Positions 44,670 to 52,375 of a DNA stretch of 64,000 nt are shown piece by piece. The notes beneath the pieces were generated by a model that saw only the letters and a list, made by a program, of their open reading frames with translations, did not search any database and was not told the origin of the DNA. The stretch is from IMG/VR virus record IMGVR_UViG_3300036399_001571, positions 96,001-160,000 of that record; one strand, 5' to 3'. The translations under genes were made by a program, and so were the position numbers. The first letter of the stretch is position 1. The number at the start of each line of letters is the position of its first letter. Source of the DNA: a virus.

Positions 44670-44696
44670 AGCCCACCATTATGGTGGAAGAGGAAG

Positions 44697-44960
44697 TTAT
44701 TTTGCGATACCCTTAAACAACTTTCGCAACCACTTCTTCAAGCCGCGAGCATCAACTGATACTTGCGCTGGAATGCTGTCGATAAGTTGTTCAATTTTGT
44801 CTGCATGCTCAGCCACTTGCTTTGCTGCTACTGCTTCTACGAAGTCTTCTGCTTTTGCAAAAGTGCTTTTTGGAGCAGCCTTCTTTGCAGGAGCCTTCTT
44901 TGCGGCAGCCTTCTTTGCAGGGGCCTTTTTTGCTGTTGTCTTTTTCTTTGATGTTGCCAT
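44697..44960 (-). CDS. Histone-like AKK-repeat protein
   Basis: MATSKKKTTAKKAPAKKAAAKKAPAKKAAPK. Confidence 0.7.
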   Translation of the reverse strand: MATSKKKTTAKKAPAKKAAAKKAPAKKAAPKSTFAKAEDFVEAVAAKQVAEHADKIEQLIDSIPAQVSVDARGLKKWLRKLFKGIAK

Positions 44961-45041
44961 GACCTTGACTTTATCAAACCATTTACCACCGTGGCGGAAC
45001 CACCTCCCCTGTAGAAGCGCGGTCCGACCTAGGCTGTTGCC

Positions 45042-45689
45042 GTGGAAGGCTCTTATGACAATGATTATAGTAAAATAGCTCTTGCTATAACTGCCGCCCA
45101 ACTAGCAAAGTCGACCAGCGTAAAAGAATTCGGAATCGGCGAAGACCTGGCTATCAATTTTTTTGGCTGGGATGAAGAGCGACTAGCCATTGTCTGCCAG
45201 ATAAGGCAGGATTTGATGAAGATTGACCCAGAAGAGCGTTTAGCACGCTGTACGGAGCTCTGTGCGGTTCTCAGGCGATACTGGGGGGTGTCTTCGATAA
45301 CAATGGTGGCCGAGGGTTACTGTTCTGCAGATATGGCCGAGACAGAGGGTTTATCGCTAGCAGATGCATTTCTGGACGCATCAAAACCAGTGAAAGAGTG
45401 CATTACGGTAACAAACGTCACTTTAGACCAGAAGGCCGTAGAGGATGGCGGTTTTGTGACTACAATTCTTGCCGTTCCTTATGCATACGAGCTGGGACGG
45501 ACACTGAAGTGGTTTGACACCCTCATCTACACCAATGGTGGAGGCAAGAATTTTAGGAATTCAAAGTATCCACAGTCAATGAGGCGAGCCTTGAAAAACA
45601 AGGTTGTTGACGACCTCCCGGACGAGGCATACGAGGAGCTGGTAAGCCTGATTAATTCAAATGGATTTCATATACAAGAATTTTATTAA
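45042..45689 (+). CDS. Hypothetical protein
   Basis: 215-aa ORF. Confidence 0.7.
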   Translation: MEGSYDNDYSKIALAITAAQLAKSTSVKEFGIGEDLAINFFGWDEERLAIVCQIRQDLMKIDPEERLARCTELCAVLRRYWGVSSITMVAEGYCSADMAETEGLSLADAFLDASKPVKECITVTNVTLDQKAVEDGGFVTTILAVPYAYELGRTLKWFDTLIYTNGGGKNFRNSKYPQSMRRALKNKVVDDLPDEAYEELVSLINSNGFHIQEFY

Positions 45690-45704
45690 AGTATAATAAT
45701 TCAA

Positions 45705-46043
45705 ATGCCATTTTATGACAACTCATACGACGACTTGTATGGTCGTTCGCGCAATCTATTCGACAACGTCACAATTCTGCCAGCTGATAGGACTCCGTGC
45801 CTCGTGTGTGGGCATCCAACTGGGGACTGTGCTGGGGATAACTCATCCCATACGAGGATAGCTGGGTTCGGAATGATTGAATCACTTAAAGTTGTTCAAA
45901 CTTTTTTGGTAGAAGAAGACATACACGAAGAGAGACAAATAACACCTTCGATAAAAACAAAAGTTCTGTTGCACAAGAAGGGTAAACAGATACCATATGC
46001 CGAAGCCGAGCGACTTGGGTTAATAAAAAAATGGACAAACTAA
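45705..46043 (+). CDS. Hypothetical protein
   Basis: PCLVCGHPTGDC motif. Confidence 0.7.
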   Translation: MPFYDNSYDDLYGRSRNLFDNVTILPADRTPCLVCGHPTGDCAGDNSSHTRIAGFGMIESLKVVQTFLVEEDIHEERQITPSIKTKVLLHKKGKQIPYAEAERLGLIKKWTN

Positions 46044-46135
46044 GAGCAAAGTTACTACGACTTTAGACCCTTTCAGTATTCTCGGCTAAGTTAAAATCGA
46101 TACCTACTCAAATCACTATCACAACAGGACAAATC

Positions 46136-48061
46136 ATGACTTCGCTTGACCAATCATTCGTGGATTCGTATTCTCTAAAACAAGCTCCTTGGGGCTTCAA
46201 CGGTATGGGGGAAATTGTATTTCTTCGTACTTACAGCCGCAAGAAAGAAGATGGAAACAACGAAACTTGGCCAGAAACCCTTCAGCGCGTAATCAATGGA
46301 GCAATGGAAGTTGGAGTTGAGTACACAAAAGAAGAAGCAGAGGCACTGTTTGACCACTGCTTTAATCTTCGTTGCTCATTCTCTGGTCGTTCGCTTTGGC
46401 AGCTTGGAACGCCTCTTGTTCAGAAGTTCAATGCAACATCACTTAACAACTGCTACTTCACCAACATCGAAAAGATTGAAGACTTTGAATTGTTGTTCGA
46501 ATACTTGATGCTTGGTGGTGGCGTTGGCTTCTCCGTTGAGCGCTCAAAGATTCACGACTTGCCAAAGGTTAAAGCAGGAGTCACAATCACGCACGAACGT
46601 TCCAACGATGCAGACATCATTGTCCCTGACTCACGTCAAGGTTGGAAGCGTCTCTTGCATGCAGTGTTGAAGTCATATTTCGACACGGGTAAGTCTTTCT
46701 CATACTCAACAGTTCTTATCCGTGAATACGGTGCGCCATTGAAGACATTTGGTGGCACTGCATCTGGCCCAGGAGCACTGATTGATGGTATTGCCGACAT
46801 TTGCAAAGTGATGCAGAATCGTGAGGGCAAGAAGCTCCGTTCAATTGATGTCCTAGACATCTGTAACATCATTGGCCGCATTGTGGTTTCAGGCTCATCA
46901 CGTCGTTCAGCACAGATTGCGATGGGTGACCCGGACGACGTTCTTTTCCTCCGTGCAAAAAATTGGGCATCTGGGAATATTCCTGCGTGGAGAGCGAACT
47001 CCAACAACTCCATATACGCCGACCACTACGACGAAATCATGTCGGAACTGTGGAAGGGGTACGACGGAACCGGCGAGCCTTACGGCTTGTTGAATCGTCG
47101 ACTTGCTCGTAAGTTCGGAAGACTTGGTGAAGCAAAGCCTGACAACTCAATTGAGGGCTTTAACCCTTGTGCTGAAATCGCACTTGCTGATGGAGAGTCG
47201 TGCAACTTGGCAACAATATTCCTGCCAAACGTTGAGTCCCTTGAGCAATTTAAAGAAATCTCAAGCTTGCTCTACAAGACACAAAAGCAAATCACTCGCA
47301 TGGCTTATCCATACGAAAAGACAACAAACATCGTGAGCAAGAATGCACGACTTGGTCAGTCTGTTACTGGAATCCTCCAGTGTTCAGAGGAACAAGTTTC
47401 GTGGTTGTCCCCTGCTTACGAGTATTTGCAGGAATTTGATAAGCAATACTCCGCAGAGCGTGGATGGCCAGCATCAGTTCGTTTGACGACCGTTCAGCCA
47501 TCAGGAACGCTTTCATTACTTCCTGGAGTGACTCCTGGAATTCACCCTGCATTTGCTCCTTTCTATGTGAGACGTGTTCGCTTTGGTTCTTCAGACCCAC
47601 TCGTTGAGGCTTGTCGCAAGCGTGGATACAAGATTCAGTGGGATATTGGAATCGACGGCAGAGAAGACCACACTCGCTATGTTGTGGACTTCCCATGCAT
47701 GTCACCAGAGGGTTCGACACTTGCTGCGGCAATGACTGCTGTGCAACAGCTTGAATGGGTAAAGAAGATGCAAACTGAATGGGCAGATAACGCCGTGTCG
47801 GTTACTGTCTACTACCGCAAGGAAGAGCTTGGAGAAATCCAGGAATGGCTTTCAAAGAACTACGACAAGAGCGTTAAGTCAGTTTCGTTCCTGCTCCACG
47901 TAGACCACAACTTCTCTCTTCCTCCATATGAAGAAATCACCAAGGAGGAGTACAACAAGATGCTCGCCAAGGTTGACTTCTCTGCGCCATTGCAAGATGT
48001 AACTTTTATGGGTGATTTGGACCTCGACAATTGCGCAACAGGTGCTTGCCCGATAAAGTAG
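46136..48061 (+). CDS. nrdJ: Class II (adenosylcobalamin-dependent) monomeric ribonucleotide reductase
   Basis: VFLRTYSR; NNC; GGGVG; RRSAQI; NPCAEI; CNL; TTVQPSGT; C-terminal CATGACP. Confidence 0.93.
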   Translation: MTSLDQSFVDSYSLKQAPWGFNGMGEIVFLRTYSRKKEDGNNETWPETLQRVINGAMEVGVEYTKEEAEALFDHCFNLRCSFSGRSLWQLGTPLVQKFNATSLNNCYFTNIEKIEDFELLFEYLMLGGGVGFSVERSKIHDLPKVKAGVTITHERSNDADIIVPDSRQGWKRLLHAVLKSYFDTGKSFSYSTVLIREYGAPLKTFGGTASGPGALIDGIADICKVMQNREGKKLRSIDVLDICNIIGRIVVSGSSRRSAQIAMGDPDDVLFLRAKNWASGNIPAWRANSNNSIYADHYDEIMSELWKGYDGTGEPYGLLNRRLARKFGRLGEAKPDNSIEGFNPCAEIALADGESCNLATIFLPNVESLEQFKEISSLLYKTQKQITRMAYPYEKTTNIVSKNARLGQSVTGILQCSEEQVSWLSPAYEYLQEFDKQYSAERGWPASVRLTTVQPSGTLSLLPGVTPGIHPAFAPFYVRRVRFGSSDPLVEACRKRGYKIQWDIGIDGREDHTRYVVDFPCMSPEGSTLAAAMTAVQQLEWVKKMQTEWADNAVSVTVYYRKEELGEIQEWLSKNYDKSVKSVSFLLHVDHNFSLPPYEEITKEEYNKMLAKVDFSAPLQDVTFMGDLDLDNCATGACPIK

Positions 48062-48065
48062 AGGC

Positions 48066-48698
48066 ATGGCAGGAAGAAAACCAATACCAGAAGAAGAACG
48101 TTTTTGGGAAAAAGTGGACAAGTCTGGACCAAATCCAAATTATCCAGATTGCTGGGAATGGACTGCGCATAAGGTAAAAAAATACGGTCATTTTGTATGC
48201 AAGCAAGATGGAGTCAATAAAAAACTTGGCGCCCACGTATACAGCTGGCAAAAAGCAAATGGTAAGCGGGTGCCGAAAGGGCTTGAAGTCTGCCATACCT
48301 GCAATAACCCACCATGCGTTCGCCCTGACCACCTAGAGGCCGAGACTCGTTCCCATAATCAGCGTTATTCTGTTACGAACGGCAACAACACGCAGAGAAA
48401 AAAAACACACTGCCCATATGGACATCCATACGATGAAGCGAACACAATCAAAAAAATAAGCAAACATACCGGTCTTGATACACGAGATTGCAGGACTTGT
48501 CAAAAGAGATGGAAGAAAGAACGCGTTGCACGCAGACAGAAGGAAAAGGGAATAGAACCCAAAAAACCAAATCACTGCAGAAAGGGTCACGACTTCAGCG
48601 TTTACGGGGAGAAGTGGTACGTAAAAAAAAGCGGACGCCCATACCGAACGTGCGTAGAGTGTATGCGGATTAGAGAGAGAAAGAGGAGAAATGGCTAA
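48066..48698 (+). CDS. HNH homing endonuclease with two C-terminal Cys/His modules
   Basis: CWEWTA; AHVYSW; VCHTCNNPPCVRPDHL; THCPYGH..CRTC; NHCRKGH..CVEC. Confidence 0.9.
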   Translation: MAGRKPIPEEERFWEKVDKSGPNPNYPDCWEWTAHKVKKYGHFVCKQDGVNKKLGAHVYSWQKANGKRVPKGLEVCHTCNNPPCVRPDHLEAETRSHNQRYSVTNGNNTQRKKTHCPYGHPYDEANTIKKISKHTGLDTRDCRTCQKRWKKERVARRQKEKGIEPKKPNHCRKGHDFSVYGEKWYVKKSGRPYRTCVECMRIRERKRRNG

Positions 48699-49149
48699 GC
48701 ACATGCCACATATTGAAAGATTTTTCCAGAAAGTTGATAAGTCTGGTAATGAAAAGTTTCCGGATTGTTGGATTTGGACTGGTGCGCCAACAAGCAGGAA
48801 TTATGGTTCTTTTTCCTTCTACACCAAGAAGCCCGCGATTGGGGCGCATGTATCAAGCTATCTTTTCCACAAGGGCGATGTCCCAAAAGGAATGCTTGTG
48901 TGTCATCATTGCGACAACCCACCGTGTGTTAATCCAGAGCATTTATTCCTTGATACAAACTCCGGGAACATGAGAGACATGATGAAAAAAGGTAGACATG
49001 GCTGGACGAACAGGGAGAGAACCCACTGTAGGCGTGGTCATGAATTCGAAGTTTTTGGAGTGATAAAGCGCACAAAAAAAGATGGGACAAGCTACCGTAC
49101 ATGCAAAGAATGCATAAAAATAAATAGAAAGAACAACAAGAATAAGTAA
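48691..49149 (+). CDS. HNH homing endonuclease
   Basis: CWIWTG; VCHHCDNPPCVNPEHL; THCRRGH..CKEC. Confidence 0.9.
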   Translation: MAKHMPHIERFFQKVDKSGNEKFPDCWIWTGAPTSRNYGSFSFYTKKPAIGAHVSSYLFHKGDVPKGMLVCHHCDNPPCVNPEHLFLDTNSGNMRDMMKKGRHGWTNRERTHCRRGHEFEVFGVIKRTKKDGTSYRTCKECIKINRKNNKNK

Positions 49150-49153
49150 ATAT

Positions 49154-49226
49154 GCGTCGGTGGCCAAATGGATAAGGCAACAGACTTCTAATCTGTAGAC
49201 TGTAGGTTCGAGTCCTACCCGACGCG
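49154..49226 (+). tRNA. tRNA-Arg(TCT)
   Basis: Cloverleaf; anticodon loop CTTCTAA. Confidence 0.92.
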
Positions 49227-49231
49227 CACAG

Positions 49232-49307
49232 TGGCAAGTAGCTCAGTTGGCAGAGCAAGGGACTGTTAATCCCTGGGTCGTAGGTTCGAGCCCTACCTTG
49301 CCAGCCA
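49232..49307 (+). tRNA. tRNA-Asn(GTT)
   Basis: Cloverleaf; loop CTGTTAA; encoded CCA. Confidence 0.93.
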
Positions 49308-49390
49308 CTATACTGACGATGGCCTCTTGCTAGAGGGCGTCATTAATATTTCTGTCGGTGCGCAGTTAGAGCGTCTAGCAAGCACTATTT

Positions 49391-49480
49391 GGAGCGATGG
49401 CAGAGAGGCTTATTGCACCTGTCTTGAAAACAGGAGTCCGTTTGCGCGGACCGGGGGTTCAAATCCCTCTCGCTCCTCCA
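49391..49480 (+). tRNA. tRNA-Ser(TGA)
   Basis: Long variable arm; loop CTTGAAA; encoded CCA. Confidence 0.9.
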
Positions 49481-49499
49481 CTTATGTTACGCTTTTACG

Positions 49500-49575
49500 C
49501 ACGCAGTAGCATCAGGGGTAGAGCACCCGTGGAATCTAACGGGAGGTCTCTGGGTTCAATTCCCAGACTGCGTGT
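49500..49575 (+). pseudogene. Degenerate tRNA with an 8-nt anticodon loop
   Basis: Acceptor CACGCAG/CTGCGTG; T-loop TTCAATT; anticodon arm CCCGT-GGAATCTA-ACGGG; D-stem has a 1-nt insertion. Confidence 0.6.
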
Positions 49576-49579
49576 CTAA

Positions 49580-49651
49580 GCCCGTTTAGCTCAGTGGTAG
49601 AGCTCTTCACTTGTAATGAAGCGGTCCTCGGTTCAATCCCGAGAGCGGGCT
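49580..49651 (+). tRNA. tRNA-Thr(TGT)
   Basis: Cloverleaf; loop CTTGTAA. Confidence 0.92.
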
Positions 49652-49676
49652 CTAACTGGGGTAGAATTTAGCCCCT

Positions 49677-50477
49677 ATGGGCATAACGATTTACAGAAAC
49701 CAGAGAATTGGCGTAATACCGCCAACCCCAGCTACCTCTGTTATTGAAGACTCGGTCACCCCTGAGAGCGTAAAGGCACTAATTGAGTACGGCTCCATGC
49801 TGGGTCATCCTGTTTCGTACGCCCAGGAACAAAATGGAAGATTAATCCAAAATCTTGTTCCAGTTCATAAGACTGAATACCAGCAGATATCAACATCATC
49901 GAAAGTTGAGCTGGAGATGCATACCGAGTCATCATTCCATCCATACAGGCCTTCATACGTCCTTCTTCTTTGCTTGCGCGGTGATGATGCGGTGGCAACC
50001 ACTTACGCTGATGATTTCGACATCGTTCCAAGATTAAGTCAAGAGGCAATTTCTGTGCTTCAAAAAGAATGGTTTACAACTCAGATTGACCAGAGTTTTA
50101 GGTCAGATGGACAGCCAGATATCGATGTTAGGACGGCGATACTTGAAGAAACAAATAGGGACGCTAATCCAGGATGGAAGATAACTTACGACTCTTGGTT
50201 CATGAAAGCCGTTGGAGATGGGACTGAAGAATCTCGCATGCAGGCTCAAAGAGCACTCAAGGAAATGCGTGATGCGGTTAATGATTCAACAAAAGAGGTT
50301 GTCTTGAAGACCGGTGACTTACTTGTTATAAATAACGATTGCACCGTCCATGGACGAAAGCCATTTCAACCACGATATGACGGAACGGATAGATGGGTTC
50401 AGAGGATGCTTGTGGTGCGTGAAATGCCACCGCCAGAGCACGTTAATGGCCATATGATTACCACCGAGTTCAACTAA
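49677..50477 (+). CDS. Clavaminate synthase/TauD-like 2OG-Fe(II) oxygenase
   Basis: LEMHTES (HxE); LLLCLR; GDLLVINN..VHGRKPF..RWVQR. Confidence 0.88.
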   Translation: MGITIYRNQRIGVIPPTPATSVIEDSVTPESVKALIEYGSMLGHPVSYAQEQNGRLIQNLVPVHKTEYQQISTSSKVELEMHTESSFHPYRPSYVLLLCLRGDDAVATTYADDFDIVPRLSQEAISVLQKEWFTTQIDQSFRSDGQPDIDVRTAILEETNRDANPGWKITYDSWFMKAVGDGTEESRMQAQRALKEMRDAVNDSTKEVVLKTGDLLVINNDCTVHGRKPFQPRYDGTDRWVQRMLVVREMPPPEHVNGHMITTEFN

Positions 50478-50776
50478 TGATGGATTTTGACGTGATGTTC
50501 GAACCAAGATACGACCTTTATCAGGTCGCAATTTTTCAATCCAGATATAGCGGGATATATGAAGGTGGGGAATGGTTCGCAATTGCTAATTTTAAGAGTT
50601 TTGACGAAACTGGAATTTCGGAATATGTATTCGGCGATGATTGTGATGCCGTAGATTTTTGGATGTCTGAAAAATCAGAAATGATTGGAGTTGGGAGTAC
50701 GCCAGATGCTGCTGTAGCGAATCTCTATGAGCGGTACGAGAAAAAGGGTGGACCTACTCAAACATCTCAGAGTTGA
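50477..50776 (+). CDS. Hypothetical protein
   Basis: SRYSGIYEGGEW..GDDCDA..GVGSTP motif. Confidence 0.7.
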   Translation: MMDFDVMFEPRYDLYQVAIFQSRYSGIYEGGEWFAIANFKSFDETGISEYVFGDDCDAVDFWMSEKSEMIGVGSTPDAAVANLYERYEKKGGPTQTSQS

Positions 50777-50975
50777 TAAAGCTCATTTTATTCCATAGTT
50801 TTTTTACCAATGGAATTGAAGTTACAGCAACAAATAGAGCAATAGCAACAGTAAGTATCAATGAGTTCTTTTTACCAATTTTTAGCTTATTTACATTCAT
50901 GATTGGTCCCATCTATTCTAGAGATACTATCTATAGGTTCATCTTATAACAAGATTGCACGCCATAATGTACGTT

Positions 50976-51122
50976 ATGTTCTACATCGTCTTAATTTTAA
51001 CAGCAACAGCAGTAGTGTCCATTCATAGATTCGTTATGAACTCGGTTGAGTCATACGATGGCTACGGTGCAGGTTCGTTCCGTGAATGGAAAGAATTCGA
51101 GAGGCAGAAGCTAGGCTTCTAG
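50976..51122 (+). CDS. Small membrane protein (48 aa)
   Basis: Manual ORF MFYIVLILTATAVVSIHRFVMNSVESYDGYGAGSFREWKEFERQKLGF; CATAAT lies 7 nt upstream (leaderless). Confidence 0.5.
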   Translation: MFYIVLILTATAVVSIHRFVMNSVESYDGYGAGSFREWKEFERQKLGF

Positions 51123-51123
51123 G

Positions 51124-51732
51124 CTACTTAACGTATATTCCTATACGTTCTAACTCGGTCCCCTCGTCGCTGATAAACCTATAACCCTCTGGCTTTGGGT
51201 CTGGCTCGTCTTTCCATACTGGAATCATCGAATCATTGCCATAGGCAAAGTCCGAATTTTCTCTTAGGTGAATTTCGATTAGTTTGCCACCAATAAACTC
51301 GCAGTTGATTGTCCTGTACTGAAGCGGGATTAACCCTATGAACTGTGGCAGAGGGTGCCATTTATCTGTTTTTTCCCATTTAGTGAATCTTTGATAGGGG
51401 CGCTCTAAATGCTTTGTCCCAACTGTTTTAAGGATTGGCTGATACCCCTTGTAGTCAATGCTTAGGTGTTCTCCCTCGAAAACCTCACACCAGAACTCGC
51501 CTGGGTGCAGAAGTTCTGTTGTGTCTTCTTCTATGTATATTTTTCTTGCTTTTTCTCCCATGCCCTCGATATTCATTACTGGTTTCACGAAGTACTCACC
51601 CGGCTTCGGAACGGGGGTTCCACGTGGTCCACAGATATGTCCGGAGAGCCTGGAAACAATTAACTTGTCAAATAACCAGAGGTGTTTTGGGTCGCAGTTA
51701 AGCCATGCTTTTGCTTCTAGTGATTGCTCCAC
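51124..51732 (-). CDS. ATP-grasp-like phage protein
   Basis: YFVKPVMNIEGMG; FEGEHLSIDY; NCEFIGGKLIEIHLR. Confidence 0.55.
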   Translation of the reverse strand: MEQSLEAKAWLNCDPKHLWLFDKLIVSRLSGHICGPRGTPVPKPGEYFVKPVMNIEGMGEKARKIYIEEDTTELLHPGEFWCEVFEGEHLSIDYKGYQPILKTVGTKHLERPYQRFTKWEKTDKWHPLPQFIGLIPLQYRTINCEFIGGKLIEIHLRENSDFAYGNDSMIPVWKDEPDPKPEGYRFISDEGTELERIGIYVK

Positions 51733-51734
51733 AT

Positions 51735-51980
51735 TTACGGCTCAATGAAGATGCACTCGCCAGGGCACTCTTCGGCGGCTTCTACTACGTCAGATAGTCT
51801 TTCGTCTGCGAAAGATGCCATTCCTTGTGCGCCCTCTGGATTCCCCACAGCGGCCGCATAAATCTTGTCCCCTTCGCGCACATACGCAAGACCGTCTGGC
51901 ATCATGTGAAAAACATCTGGGGCTATCTCTGCACATAGTCCGTCTCCAGTGCATAAGTCTTGGTCAATCCACACTCTCAT
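51735..51980 (-). CDS. Ferredoxin (single cluster, actinobacterial type)
   Basis: IDQDLCTGDGLCAEIAP..CPGECI. Confidence 0.93.
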   Translation of the reverse strand: MRVWIDQDLCTGDGLCAEIAPDVFHMMPDGLAYVREGDKIYAAAVGNPEGAQGMASFADERLSDVVEAAEECPGECIFIEP

Positions 51981-52375
51981 TACTTAAATTCGGTCCAGGT
52001 TTTATCGCCGACGCCGAAATATTCTCTTGCGTAACCAGACTGAATGATGTCCTTGTTGAGACATGCTGTCGTTGGGTCGTCTATCTTGTCTGAGCTGTAG
52101 ATTCGTGCAAGAACACGCCCATATTTGTCATTCTTGTCTGGAATGGTGTTAACAAATACCCATTTATGGCTTGTCAACCAGTCCTTGGTGAACGACTTAG
52201 CCTTAAGACCCATCTCTTTTTCTGCAAGGTCTTTGGTTCTTGATTCAGGAGTATTTACTCCATACAAGCGAACACGAATTTTGTGATGGATGCTAAAACC
52301 AAGGTCTATCATCAAATCAATCGTGTCACCATCAACGACGTTGAGGACTGTAGCCCCATACCAAAATCGCTGCAT
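51980..52375 (-). CDS. Thermonuclease (SNase-like)
   Basis: VVDGDTID; VRLYGVNTPE; DKYGRVLA. Confidence 0.92.
   Translation of the reverse strand: MQRFWYGATVLNVVDGDTIDLMIDLGFSIHHKIRVRLYGVNTPESRTKDLAEKEMGLKAKSFTKDWLTSHKWVFVNTIPDKNDKYGRVLARIYSSDKIDDPTTACLNKDIIQSGYAREYFGVGDKTWTEFK

Noticed and set aside
46136-48061. Intron or intein in nrdJ or the primase-helicase
   Set aside because: Both ORFs are continuous and of normal length, with no intein C/S...HN motifs seen
49310-49345. Hammerhead ribozyme at CTGACGA in the tRNA cluster
   Set aside because: No GAAA after stem II and no stems I/III; kept only as an unexplained structure
50997-51026. Minus-strand micro-ORF MNGHYCCCC (Cys attenuator-like)
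   Set aside because: Antisense to a plausible 48-aa membrane-protein gene; no cysteine-related operon downstream
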